Assembly (NCBI RefSeq): GCF_009914755.1
Contig: NC_060929.1
Reading direction: 5' to 3' (one strand)
Source of the DNA: the human T2T-CHM13v2.0 reference genome, Homo sapiens
Length of the DNA stretch: 64,000 nucleotides
Each line of letters starts with the position of its first letter. Positions within the stretch are counted from its first letter, which is position 1. Below the pieces are notes generated by a model that did no database searches, was not told the DNA's origin, and saw only the letters and a program-made list of their open reading frames with translations. Below are positions 11,888 through 26,200 of the stretch, piece by piece. The translations under genes were made by a program, and so were the position numbers.

Positions 11888-14800
11888 GAGGAAGAGCAAC
11901 ATGGCCAGATAGAAGCCTCCAGTAATTGTCTCCCCAGCACAAACACCAAAATTGAACAACTATCCATGCAAGAAAGCACCTTCATAAGGGCCAAAAATCA
12001 GGTGAGCAATCACAATATGTGGTTTTAGCATCGTATCAAGGAAAGAGGCATCGAAAAGGGTAAAAAAGACAGTCTTGAATTGCTGACATCACCGCTCACC
12101 CAACCCCCAGGAACAGCCACATGCTATGGAGAGAGAATCTATGCTGTTGGGGGATGGAGAGCACAGTGATGGTGGGACTTTGCATTGGAACTCAGTCCTG
12201 TCCTGTCACAGTAGAAAGCAACCTGGGGCAATACTCAACTGGAGCCCACAGAGGTAGCATTTAGACCAGCCCTGGCCAGAAGGGAGTTACCCATTGCAGA
12301 GATCAGAACCTGAGTCTTGGCAGCCCTGCCACCACAGCCCAAAATGGTTTAGGGTCCTAAACAAACTTGAAAGACAGTCTAGGCTATAAGGACTGCAATT
12401 CCTGGGCAAGTTCTGGTGCTGTGTTGGGTTCAGAGTCAGTGAACTTGGGGGACATAGGACACAGTGATACACAAGTCAGAGAAACCAAGGGAGTGCTTGT
12501 GCCACCTCCTCCCCAACCCCACACAGTGCAGCTCACAGCTTCCCCTTGAGGAGAGGAGAGGAAAGAGTAAAGAAGACTTTGTCTTGTAACTTAGATACCA
12601 GCTCAGCCACAGTAGGATAGGGCACCAGACAGAGTCATGAGGCCTGCATTCCAAGCCCTAGCTCCCAGAGGACATTTCTAAATACACCCTAGGTCATTAG
12701 GGAAGCCATTTACCTGAAGGGAAAGACCTAGTCCTAGCAGGATTAATCACCTGCTGACTAAAGAGCCCTTGGGCCTTGAAAATAAACATCAATGGTACCC
12801 AAGCAGTTTTCACTTAGGTGGGACCCAGGGCCATCCTAGCTTCAGGTGTGACCCAGAACATTACCAGCTATGGTGGCCATGGGGAGAGATTCCTTCTGCT
12901 AGAGGAAAAGAAAAGAGTAAAAGGGACTTAGTATTGCAGCTTAGGCACCATCTAGGCCACAGTGAGGTAGAGCACAAAGCAGTTTCCTGGATCCCCTGAT
13001 TCCAGGCATTGGCTCCTGCATAGCATTCCTGGACCCACCCTGGGCCAGAGGGGAGCCCACTATACTGAAAGGAGAGACTCAGGCCTAGAAGCATTCAAAA
13101 AAGCTGAATAAAGAGCCCTGGAGTCTTGAGTGAACATTTACAGTAGCCAGGCAGTAATCCCCATGAGCCTATAGGTGGTGATGTCCATGGAGAGGAATTC
13201 TTCTTCATGAGGAAAGAAGTGGAAAGAGCGAAGACTTTGTCTTGTGGCTTGGATGTCAGCTCAGCTGCAGTAGGATAGAGTAGCAGGTAGAGTCATAATG
13301 TTCCCAACTTCAGGCCCTGGGTCTCAGACAATATTCTGGACCTGTCCTGGGCCAGGAGAGACCTCACTACTCTGAAGGGTAGGACACAAGCCTTGTTGGA
13401 TTCCTCATCTGCTGATTGAAGAGTCCTGGGTCCTTGAGTAAAATCAGTGGTAGCCAAGCAGTGACTGCCATGGGCATTGGGTGAGACTCAGTCCTGTGCT
13501 GGATTTGGGTCTGATACAGCACAGTCCCAGTGTTGGTGGCCACAGGGTTGCTTGTGTCTTCCCTCCCCTAGCTCCATGTAACTTAGCATGGAAAGAGAGA
13601 GAACCTCTGTTTATTAGTGGGAAAGTAGGGAGGAGAATAAGAGTCTCTGCCTTCCACTCCAGAGAATTCTTCCAGATCTTATCCAAGACCACTGACATGG
13701 TAACTCTTTGAGTTTGCTAGTGTCACAGTGTTATTAGGTTTGAGATGACCCCCAATGAAGATGTGACCAAAGCTTTAGATCACAGCAGTCAACTCTCTTT
13801 TGATACCTGGAAGGCCTTCCTAAGAAGGATGGGTGCAAATAAGCCCAGACTGAAGACTATAAAAAATACCTAAGTCTTCAATGCCCAGACATCAACAGAC
13901 ATTCACAAGCATCAATATTGTCCATGAAACCATGACCTTATCAAATCAATATTGTCTATGAAACCATGACCTCATCAAATGAACTAAGGAACCACTGACA
14001 ATCCCAGAGTGACAGAGATGTGTGACCTACAGACAGAGAATTTAAAATAGCTGTTTTGACAAAGCTCAACAAAATTCAAGATAACACAGAGAAGGAATTA
14101 AGAATCCTATCAGATAAATTACAAAGAGATTGAAATAATTTTAAAAAAATCAAGCAGATATTCTGGAGCTGAAAAATTGAACTGACATACTGAAGAATTC
14201 AACAAAGTTTCCCAACAGTGGAATTGATCAAACAGAAAAAATATCCAATGAACTTGAAGAAAGGCTATTTGAAAATACACAGAGGAGAAACAAGAAAAAA
14301 AGAGTTAAAAGAATGAAACATGCCCATGAGATCTAGAAAATCGTATCAAAAGGGCAAATCTTAGAGCTATTGGCCTTAAAGAAGAGGAAGAGAAAGAGAT
14401 GGGGTAGAGAGTTTATTCTAAGGGGTAATAGCAGAGGACTTTCCAAACCTACAGAAAGATATCAATATTTATGTGCAGGAGGATTATATAATACCAACCT
14501 GGTTTAATCCAAAGAAGACTACCTCAAGGCATGTAATAATCAAACTCCTAAAGATCAAGGATAAAGAAAGAATCCTAAAAACAGCAAGATAAAAGAAACA
14601 AAAAACTTACAAAGCAGCTCTAATATGTCTGGCAGAAGACTTTTCAGTGGAAATCTTACATGCCAGGAGAGCATGGCATGACATATTTAAAGGGTTGAAG
14701 GAAAAACTTTTATCCTAGAATGGCAGAAAAAAAGAAATAGTAAAGATCAAAGAAGAAATAAGTGAAATTGAAATAAAAATACAAAGGATCAATGAAACAA

Positions 14801-16490
14801 AGGTTGTTTTTTAAAAAAGATAAAGAAAATTTGACAAAACTTTAGCCAGATTGACTGAGAGAGAAAATTCTAAAAAATAAAATCAGAGATAAGAGAGATA
14901 CTACAACTGATATCACAAAAATTCAAAGAATCATTAGAGATTACTATGCACAACTATATGCCAAAAATTGAAAAACCTAGAAGAAATAGATAAATTCCTA
15001 GATACATATAACTACAAAGATTGAAGAACAAAGAAATCCAAAACCTGAATAGACAAATAAGTAATGAGGTCAAAGCCATTGTAACAAGTCTCCAAGCAAA
15101 GAAAAACCTGCAACCCAATGGCTTCACTGCTGAATTTAACCAAACATTTAAGGAAAAATTAATATCAATCCTATTCAAACTATTGCAAAAAATAGAGGAG
15201 GTGCAAAAATTTCAAACTTATTCTATGACACCAGTATTGCCATGATACCAAAACCAGAAAAGTACACATCCAAAAAAAAAAAAAAAAAAAAGAACACTAC
15301 AGGTCAATATCCTTGATAAATATTGATGCAAATATCTTCAACAACAGATTGGCAAACAAAGTTAAACAACACATTAAATAGATCATTCATTATGACCAAA
15401 TGGGATTTATAACAGGATGCAAGGTTCACTCAACATAAGCAAATAATTCAATGAGATACATCATATCCACAGAATGAAGGACAAAAGCAATGAAGGACAA
15501 TGATCATTTCAATTGGTGCTGAAAAAGCATTTGATAAAATTCAGCATCCCTTCATGATAAAAACTCTAAAAAACCTGGGTATAGAAGAAACATACCTCGA
15601 CACAAGGAAAGTTATATATGACAGATTCACAGCTAGTACCATACTAAATGGGGGAAAAATAAGTATTTCCTCTAAGATGTGAAAAAAATAAGGATGCCCC
15701 CTTACACCACTGTTGGTGGGAATGTAAATTAATACAGCCACTGTAGAACTGAGAACAGAATGGAGCTTCCACAAAAAACTAAAAATAAAACTACTGTATG
15801 ATCCAGTAATCCCACTATTGGGTATATATCCAAAAGAAAGGAAATTAATATATTGAAGAGATATCTGCACTCCCACATTCATTGCAGCATTATACACAAT
15901 AGCCAAGATTTGGAAGCACCCTAAGTGTCCATCGACAGATGAATGGATAAACAAAATGTGGTACATATACACAATGGAGAACTACTCAGCCAAAAAAAAA
16001 AAAAGAATGAGATCCTGTCATTTGCAACAACATGGATGGAACTGAAAGTCATTATGTTAAGTGAAATGAGCCAGGCCCAGAAAGACAAACTTTGCATATT
16101 AGCGCTCATTCGTGGGATCTAGAAATGAAAACAATTGAACTCATGGAGAGGAGAAGGATGGTTACCAGAGGCTGGGAAGGGTAAGAGGGGTTGTGGGGAT
16201 AGGGGATGGCTAATGGGTACAAACATATAGTAAGATAGAATGAACAAAATCTAGTATTTAGTAGCACAAGAGGATGACTACAGTTAACAATAATTTATTG
16301 TACATCTTAAAGCAATTAAAAGTATAATTGGAATGTTTGTAACACAAATAAATAATAAATGTTTGTGGCAACAGATACTCCATTTACTCTGATGTGTTTA
16401 TTAAACATTGTATGCCTGTAACAGACTATCTTATATACCCCATAAATATATGTACCTACTATGTACCCACAAAACAAAGAAATAAAATTT
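11888..16490 (+). mobile_element. L1MA2/3-type LINE retaining both ends, with two large internal deletions
   Basis: 5' UTR starts gaggaagagcaacatggccagatagaagcctcc; ORF1 remnant ~13880-14720; jump to ORF2 ~14720-15680; jump to 3' end with ...tactatgtacccacaaaa tail; probable degenerate TSD taaatgttaggagt (11874-11887) / taaatgttaaagaagt (16494-16509). Confidence 0.9.
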
Positions 16491-16579
16491 TATTAAATGT
16501 TAAAGAAGTCCTTATCACACCTACCATGCATCTTAGCCTATTGTAAAAAATTATTAAGAAGGCTGTAGGAAATGCCATT

Positions 16580-16735
16580 GATATTAAATATTTGAATATT
16601 TTAAATATTTTAATTAAATGTTAATTAAATATTTAAATATTTAAATATTTCAAATATTTTAATATTTTGAATTTTAAATATTTAAATATTTTAATATTTT
16701 GAATATTAAATATTTTGAATATATTTAATATGTAG
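16580..16735. repeat. AT-rich tandem array of self-complementary AAATATTT-like units
   Basis: About 155 nt almost purely A/T with a period of roughly 9-10 nt. Confidence 0.9.
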
Positions 16736-17229
16736 TATTTTTATTATGTTTTTAAACTTTATGCTGAAATTGATGCCTCTTGATTATACTGTGGCTACTA
16801 CATTATTTCTACTGAATTTCATTATGTTAAGTTAAAATGAATAATTTTCCATTTAAGGATCCATACTAAGCACAAATCAATTCCTATTGAATTTGTATTT
16901 TATAAAATTTGTCCAATGGACTTTCTTTTCAATTCTAACTCTACTGGAGAAATGCCTCTAAATATATAGAAATTGAAATCTAAAAGTAATGTGGACAAAA
17001 ACCTAGGGAGATGAATGGAATCTCTAAGTATGTGCGAATGTAAGTTTTGCTGCATTTACTTTGATTTTTATTAATATGTTTAGCTAAATTTCTAACCATA
17101 GGCTGCTGTGTATTTATTTGTGTGTGTATATGTATGTGTTCGTATGTGTATGTATGTATGTATGTGTGTAGCCATATAACAAGGGAATGTCAAGAAAGAA
17201 GCACAAATTGATCAGGCAAACCTCTAAGT

Positions 17230-17551
17230 CAGTGGTTGGCAAACTGCAGCCGGTGAGACAAATCTGGCCTGGCACCTACTTTGTATGATCCTTGTGCTAG
17301 AAATGGTTTTTAAATTTTTTAATAGCTGAAGCAGATAGTGTCGCATAAAAATTTTGTGAAACTCAAACTTGCCTCTCGACAAGTAAAGTTGAATTGGAAC
17401 ATAGCCTGATTATTCATTTCCTTATTGTCCATGGTTGCTTTTGTGCTACAATGGCAGGGTTGAGACATTGTGACAGAGGCTCTATGCATCACAAGCAATG
17501 CCTGAAATATTTGCTATCTGAGTCTTTATGGAAAGTGTGTGCTGACTTCTA
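17230..17551 (+). mobile_element. MER58B-like hAT-Charlie non-autonomous DNA transposon
   Basis: Ends cagtggttggcaaac ... gtgtgctgacttcta; 8-bp hAT-type TSD ctctaagt (17222-17229) / ctctaaat (17552-17559). Confidence 0.85.
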
Positions 17552-18000
17552 CTCTAAATGAAGGCTAGAGTAGAGTGGTAAGCAGGACGCTTTTGACCTA
17601 GGGATATTTTGAAACCGGTGAATTTGAGCTTCAGTTTCCCAGGGCCTTTCCTTTCTGAAAAAGGAGTTTTAATAGGAAACTTTTACTGTGTAAGTCTGGG
17701 AAAGCACAGGGCAATGCTTTTAGAGTAAGTTACAAATCAGAAATAAATGGCTCTTCCCGCCCCTAAGGACTGTAATTGAATGTTGCCTTGGTGCTAAGCA
17801 GAGTACAGGAACCTCTGAATTGTTTAATAATAAGACCTCCTTGAAGGGGCTTCAAAGCAACAAATTAATGTGCCTTAGGTAGTCCAAAGAGCTTCAAGTT
17901 GTAAATTTATTTTAAATTTTTCCCGGAATACTTACAGGTGCCTGGCAAAAGCAAGTTGATATATGTACTTTTATCATTATTTATTTATTATTTTTTCTAA

Positions 18001-19186
<1,186 letters not shown>

Positions 19187-19242
19187 ATCTCATTCTTCTC
19201 TTATTTTCATTGTTAGATAAAAAGTAGAGTTTGGAAAGTTGG

Positions 19243-19588
19243 TGTCTTAGGCTGTTCTTGCGTTGCTATAAAGAACTATCTGAGACTGGGTAATTTATAA
19301 AGAAAAGAGAAACCTTAGGAAAGAGGCCTCAGGAAACTTACAATCATGGCAGAAGGTGATGGGGAAGCAGGCACGTCTTACCTGGTTGAAGAAGAAAGAA
19401 GAGAGAGTGAAGGGGGAGGTGCTACACACTTTTAGACAACCAGATCTCGTGAGAAATCATTATCATGAGAGCAGCAAGGAGGAAGTTCATCCCCATGATC
19501 CAATCACCTCCCACCAGGCCCCTCTTCCAACAATGGGGACTACAATTCGACCTGAGATTGGATGGGGACAGAAATGAAAACCATATCA
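19243..19588 (-). mobile_element. MSTA-type MaLR solo LTR
   Basis: TG...CA termini (tgtcttaggctgttcttgcgttgctataaag ... aaaaccatatca) with a perfect 5-bp TSD gttgg (19238-19242, 19589-19593). Confidence 0.9.
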
Positions 19589-20962
19589 GTTGGTACATTC
19601 TCTGTTAATTGTCTATATTGTCCATTTTTCTGTATTCTATTTCATTAGTTTCTATTCTTGTGTTTAAGTTTTCCTTGCTTCTATTTATGGTGAGTTTAAT
19701 TTGTTCTTTTTCTAACTTCATAAGTTAGAAACTTCGATCAGTGGTTTTTAAACCCCTCTTGTTTTCTAATATAAACACTTGAAGTTATGATTGTTATATG
19801 CTACAGATTCACTCTAAGCACTGCTGTGCATGCCTTCTACAATTATTTTTAACTTTGTACTTTGAACAAATTTTAGATTTAAGGAAAAAATTTAAAAAAC
19901 AGAGTACAGAGAGTTGATGGGTTCATGTCCTCAAGCTTTCCCTAATTTCGCTGCCTTTCATAACCATGGGATGACTATCAAAACCAATACATTAATATTG
20001 GCACAATACTTCTAACTAAACTATGGACTTTGCATGAATTTCACCAGTTTTTCCAATTTTTGTCCTGTTTTGTTGTTTCTTCTTGTTCTACTCCAAATGG
20101 ACAATTCCTCAGTGTTTCCTTGTCTTTTATAACCTTAACATTTTTGAAGAATGTTCATCAATTATTGTGTAGAATGTCCTTCAATTTGGGTTTCTAGCAC
20201 TTTCTCATGATTAGAATAAGATTATGCTTTATTCTTTGTAAAAATACCACAGAAATAATGTTTTGTACTTTTTAGTGAAACACATCAGGGAATTCATAAC
20301 ATTAAATCTTATTATTTTTTATTTAACTTTGATCATTTCACTAAGTATGCTGTATGTTCTTTACCATTTGGACAGAAATGTTTTCTAATATTCTTTGTCA
20401 TTTATTTTTTAAGTGATTGATTATTTACAAGTGTGCTTTGTTTTATTTAACGAATACCTGGGATTTCTAAACATCAATTTATTAATTTCTAAATTAATTC
20501 AATTTCATCAGACAGTGTACTTTGTAAGATTTTACTTTTGTTGGAATCTATTAAAACTTACTTTTAGCCAGGCATATGGGTTATCTTGGTGAACATTCTA
20601 TGTGAACTTAAAAAGAATGCACATTCTATGGTTGTTAAGTGAAGTTCATAAATGTCAATTCGCTCAGGGCGTTTAAAATCTCCAACTGTGTGAGAATTTA
20701 TCTCTTTCTCCATTTAGTTTTATTAGTTTTTCCTTCATACATTTTAAAGCTATGCTATTAAGGCATGTGCATTTATGGTTATTATATTCTTCTGAAGAAT
20801 TTTCTGTCCATTATTATAAAATGTTCCTCTTTATCTCTGATAATGCTTTTTGTCTTTAAGTCATTTTTTTCTGATGTTAATATAGCCTTGCAGCTTTTTA
20901 TGCCTACTGTTTGCATGACATTTATCCTCTTAGTTTTAACTTATATATGTTGTTATACTTAA

Positions 20963-21270
<308 letters not shown>

Positions 21271-22024
21271 AGATTTCTTGTACACAGCTTATCTTATAAC
21301 TGGGTCTTCTATTAAATCCAATCTAACCATCACTATCTTTTAATTGAAATGTTTAGATAATTGAAATTTAACCATTGCTATGGATGAACTTAACTGCTAT
21401 TTTGTAATTTATTTTCTATCTTTCTGCCTTTTAAAATAAATCTTTTGCTTCTGTCTTTCTTAGGGCTAATACTTGAAAAAAATTTCTCTTTTAATACTTC
21501 TCTTGTCTTTTTAGCTAAACCTTTTAGCATTATTTTAGTGACTTCTATAGGATTGCAATATTTATTTTTACTTTATCATAATTTTCTTATAGTTGATTTG
21601 TACCACATCTAGTAAAATAAAAGAATTACAGCAGTATAGTTTCAGTTACTCTCTGGCCTTTGTGTTATTGTTACTTTACATGTTACATCGATATATATTA
21701 ATGAGCTCCATTAAACATGTTATAATTTTTCTTTGAACATTCTTATGTCCTTTAAAGAAATTAAGAGAAGAAAAAATCATATATATGTATATATTTTTTT
21801 TTCAGTGCTCTTTCTTTCTTCTTGTAGATACAAGTTTCCATCCAACAGCTTTTGGTTTCATTCTATCCTAAAGAATCTTGTTTAATATTTCTTGTAGTGT
21901 AGGTCAGATGATGATGAATTATTTTTTGTATCCTTTTATTTGCCAATCTGCTTTCCAGTTTATCCAGCCAATGTGTTCTTTCAAATATTATACTTTATAG
22001 TTATAGAATTTTTATTTGATTCTT

Positions 22025-22650
22025 TTTTTTAAACCAAAATCAGGTTTAATTTCTGTCAGAAAAACTCTGACTTCACTTCTCAAGTCAAATAAATGTATTA
22101 ACAGGCATCCCAGTGACCACTTTACTTGATATAAAGTTTTCCTCTAAAGTAAGTCCCCTTCATGTCAGGTATTTTTAACTCACACTATCCTTGCTTTGCT
22201 CCAGGACAATCTCACTCAGGCAAAATGCCACCTTTGACTGCACTTGGGGTGAATGAGAGGAAATCTTTAAATGAAAATACTCCTCGCTACCACATACTCT
22301 CTAATATGCCTGAATTCAGAACACCACAATACAGGCCAACATAGGCCATTCATAATGCTTTGTCTTGCTGTTAAGGTATCCCAGGGAGGCACTTACCACC
22401 TTTTGAACAGCATTAGTTTGGAGGAATGAGTTTTAGAGCCTAGGAAGCCTGCTGCTGTCTCATCCTTCCCAGGTAGCTCAGGGAAGGAGTGGCAGCCCAC
22501 TCTGTGTCAGTTGCCACTAAACCCTGATGACCAGTCAGTTTGCTCTGGTGAGGAAAGCACAGCAGGTGACTTAGCTCAGTCAAGACAAACCTGAGACCCA
22601 AGGATGGAATTGTGACTTCTAAGGTTAGAAAGCAGAGGCGAATGAGAACC
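22025..22650 (-). pseudogene. 5'-truncated processed retrocopy of an unidentified transcript 3' end
   Basis: Short poly-T (22023-22030); ATTAAA on the minus strand (22045-22050) 14 nt from the tail; 14-bp TSD tttatttgattctt (22011-22024) / tttatttggttctt (22651-22664); the host L1 reads through across it; the body resembles no repeat I recognise. Confidence 0.8.
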
Positions 22651-23019
22651 TTTATTTGGTTCTTATAGTTTCTATTTCTCTGCTAGGTTTTCACATTATT
22701 TCTCTATTATATGCATATTTCCCCTTAAGTCCTTGAATGTATTTAGGATAAGCCTCAAAATCCAAATTCTGTCTTCCCTGTGGTGGGCAGCAAGGCAATT
22801 GTTCAGCTCTCAATCTTCCATCTATTGCTTTACACTGAGAATTTTGGAGCCTCCCTGATTCGGGAGCAGCTCAGGAATTGCCAAATAATTTAGGCAGAAT
22901 GTATTTGTAGACCTTGACAGGCAGAGGTTCCTTCATTTCCACAATTGCCACCGTAATTTTCCAGGCTCTCGGCCTGCATTGAATGTCATTGCCTGATTCT
23001 CTAAACCAGTGAGAGTGAG

Positions 23020-23135
23020 GCCATGCCTGAGGTGTTCAATTACATGAAGTAATAAATCCCTCATACACTTCTTTTTGTCTTAAGCTAGTTTGATTTTTTT
23101 TTTATCTGTTGCAACTGAAGAATGCCTGACTAATA
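23020..23135 (+). mobile_element. MLT1 (MaLR) LTR 3' fragment
   Basis: ttacatgaagtaataaatccc...cttaagctagtttgatttt...tgcaactgaagaatgcctgactaata. Confidence 0.6.
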
Positions 23136-23239
23136 TAAAGTCTGTTGCTAATTAGCAAGCCCTCTGGCAAACATTGTTCTTGTTTAGTGGGGAGTAATGG
23201 ATTCCAATCCTCTTGTTTGAGTTAAATCTGAGTGGGGTG

Positions 23240-24465
<1,226 letters not shown>

Positions 24466-25426
24466 GATTTGATGAATAAATAAATTTAATCCTAACAATA
24501 AAACCAAGAGTGACTGCAAATAATCCAGCTGTTAAAATGGTCAATTCACTCTAAACATAAGTCAAACCAATTATTTGGAATCATGAGGTGAAACTGTCAC
24601 TCCTCTGCTTCTGTATGGTGAGGAATTAGTTTGGACCACAGAAACACAGCCTCCTTACAAGGAAAATAATAAAGGACCAGCCCACATTGTTTTATTGTTC
24701 TGTTCTTTTTGAAGTAGAATTTATACATACAAATGAGAAGCATTAAAGTTAATACTCTCATACAGCCAGACCACATCGATTTTTCTCCACAATTGATCTT
24801 ATTCATTCTGAGCATTTACTATGTACTCAATATTCATTTAGGGGCAGGCATTGACCTCTATATTCATATGATCGTTTTTGTTTTTCATTCTTTTATATTT
24901 GTTGCTCTAATCACATCCATATGAGTATATCTGGTAATTTTTACTGTAGGATCTGCCATTGATTTAAATGTAGATCTCTTCTTAGCACATTTATTTATAA
25001 ACAGAATAGACATGTACAGCACTACTTGACTGTTTATGCTATTTGCCTTGCAATTGTGTCTGGAAGTGGCATAGAGAAAATGACTTTACCACCAAGACTT
25101 CAGTAGTGTTAAGCAGGAATAAAGACAAGTATAGTTTTCTGGCTCTTTCTTTTACATGTTTTTCAGGCTTGCCAATCTCTGGAGAGTTCTATTCCTTCCT
25201 GAAGATTCCCATAAACCATGGAGGTGACTTGAGAATAAGTCTGGTCAGTAATCAGAAACAGAGCACTGTGTTTTCTCCCCTTTTTCTGGCTCTCTTTTAG
25301 GGAATGTCATATCTCTGCATATTCATCTTTGGGCACCACAGCTATTTCTTTCTATGTGATTCACTACTTATTTTCTCTGGGTACTGCCATGTGCTATTAC
25401 TGCCCCCATTGGTATGGGGCTCTGGT

Positions 25427-25516
25427 GCTCTGGTGTCTAGAAGCACTTAACTGCTAATAGTTGGTATGTCCCCACATAACAACTATTGGTAGTTAAGTGC
25501 TTCTAGACACCAGAGC
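25427..25516. repeat. Inverted repeat: 43-bp arms, 4-nt loop (pre-miRNA-like hairpin candidate)
   Basis: Arms 25427-25469 and 25474-25516; 40/43 Watson-Crick pairs, and two of the three mismatches are G-U wobbles in a + strand RNA; loop CCCC. Confidence 0.95.
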
Positions 25517-25888
25517 CCTTGAAGTGGCAAAGCCATGCTATTTTAGGAAGAACAGAGGGTTTGATTTCCCATTTTTTGTTGCTTACTTCTCCAGATGGCC
25601 TCCAACAAGGAGATGGTGCTTCCTGGTGAATTAGCTGCTTCTGATTCGGGGTTCTTTATCTTCACCTCTATTAAGACTTTTGCACAAATCCATAGTAAGG
25701 TACATAGGCAAGAAACAAATCTGCAATAATTGTGCACCCACTCTGATGACTTAAGTCCTTGTTACTGAACCATGTGTATCTGCCTGGATCAATAACAACT
25801 ACTAATATTTATAGAGCATTAGTCATGTGCTTGGCACTATACCAAGTGTATTATGTCTTTAAAGCTCAATTAAATCCTCTAATGTAGT

Positions 25889-26200
25889 ATATTAGTCAGA
25901 GTTCTCCAGAGAAACAGAAGCAGTAGGGTGTGTGTGTGTGTGTGTGTGTGTGTATTTCCAGTCTGAAGGCCAGCAGGCTTGAAACCTAGGAAGAGCTGAA
26001 GTTTCAGGTTGATTTTGTGGGCAGAAAACAATTACAACCACAACCTTTGTTCCAACTTGAAGGCAGTCCAGCACGAGGAGTTCCGTCTTATTTGAGGAAG
26101 AGTCAGCATTTTTGTTCCAGTCTGAAGGCCAGCAGCCTTGAGAACCAGGAAGAGCTGATGTTTCAGTACAAGGATCATACCAGCACAATCTTGACCACCC
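25889..26200 (-). mobile_element. MLT2-type ERVL LTR fragment with (TG)n and an internal 52-bp duplication
   Basis: tattagtcagagttctccagagaaacagaagcagtagg + (TG)n; repeat 25956-26007 / 26115-26166. Confidence 0.75.
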
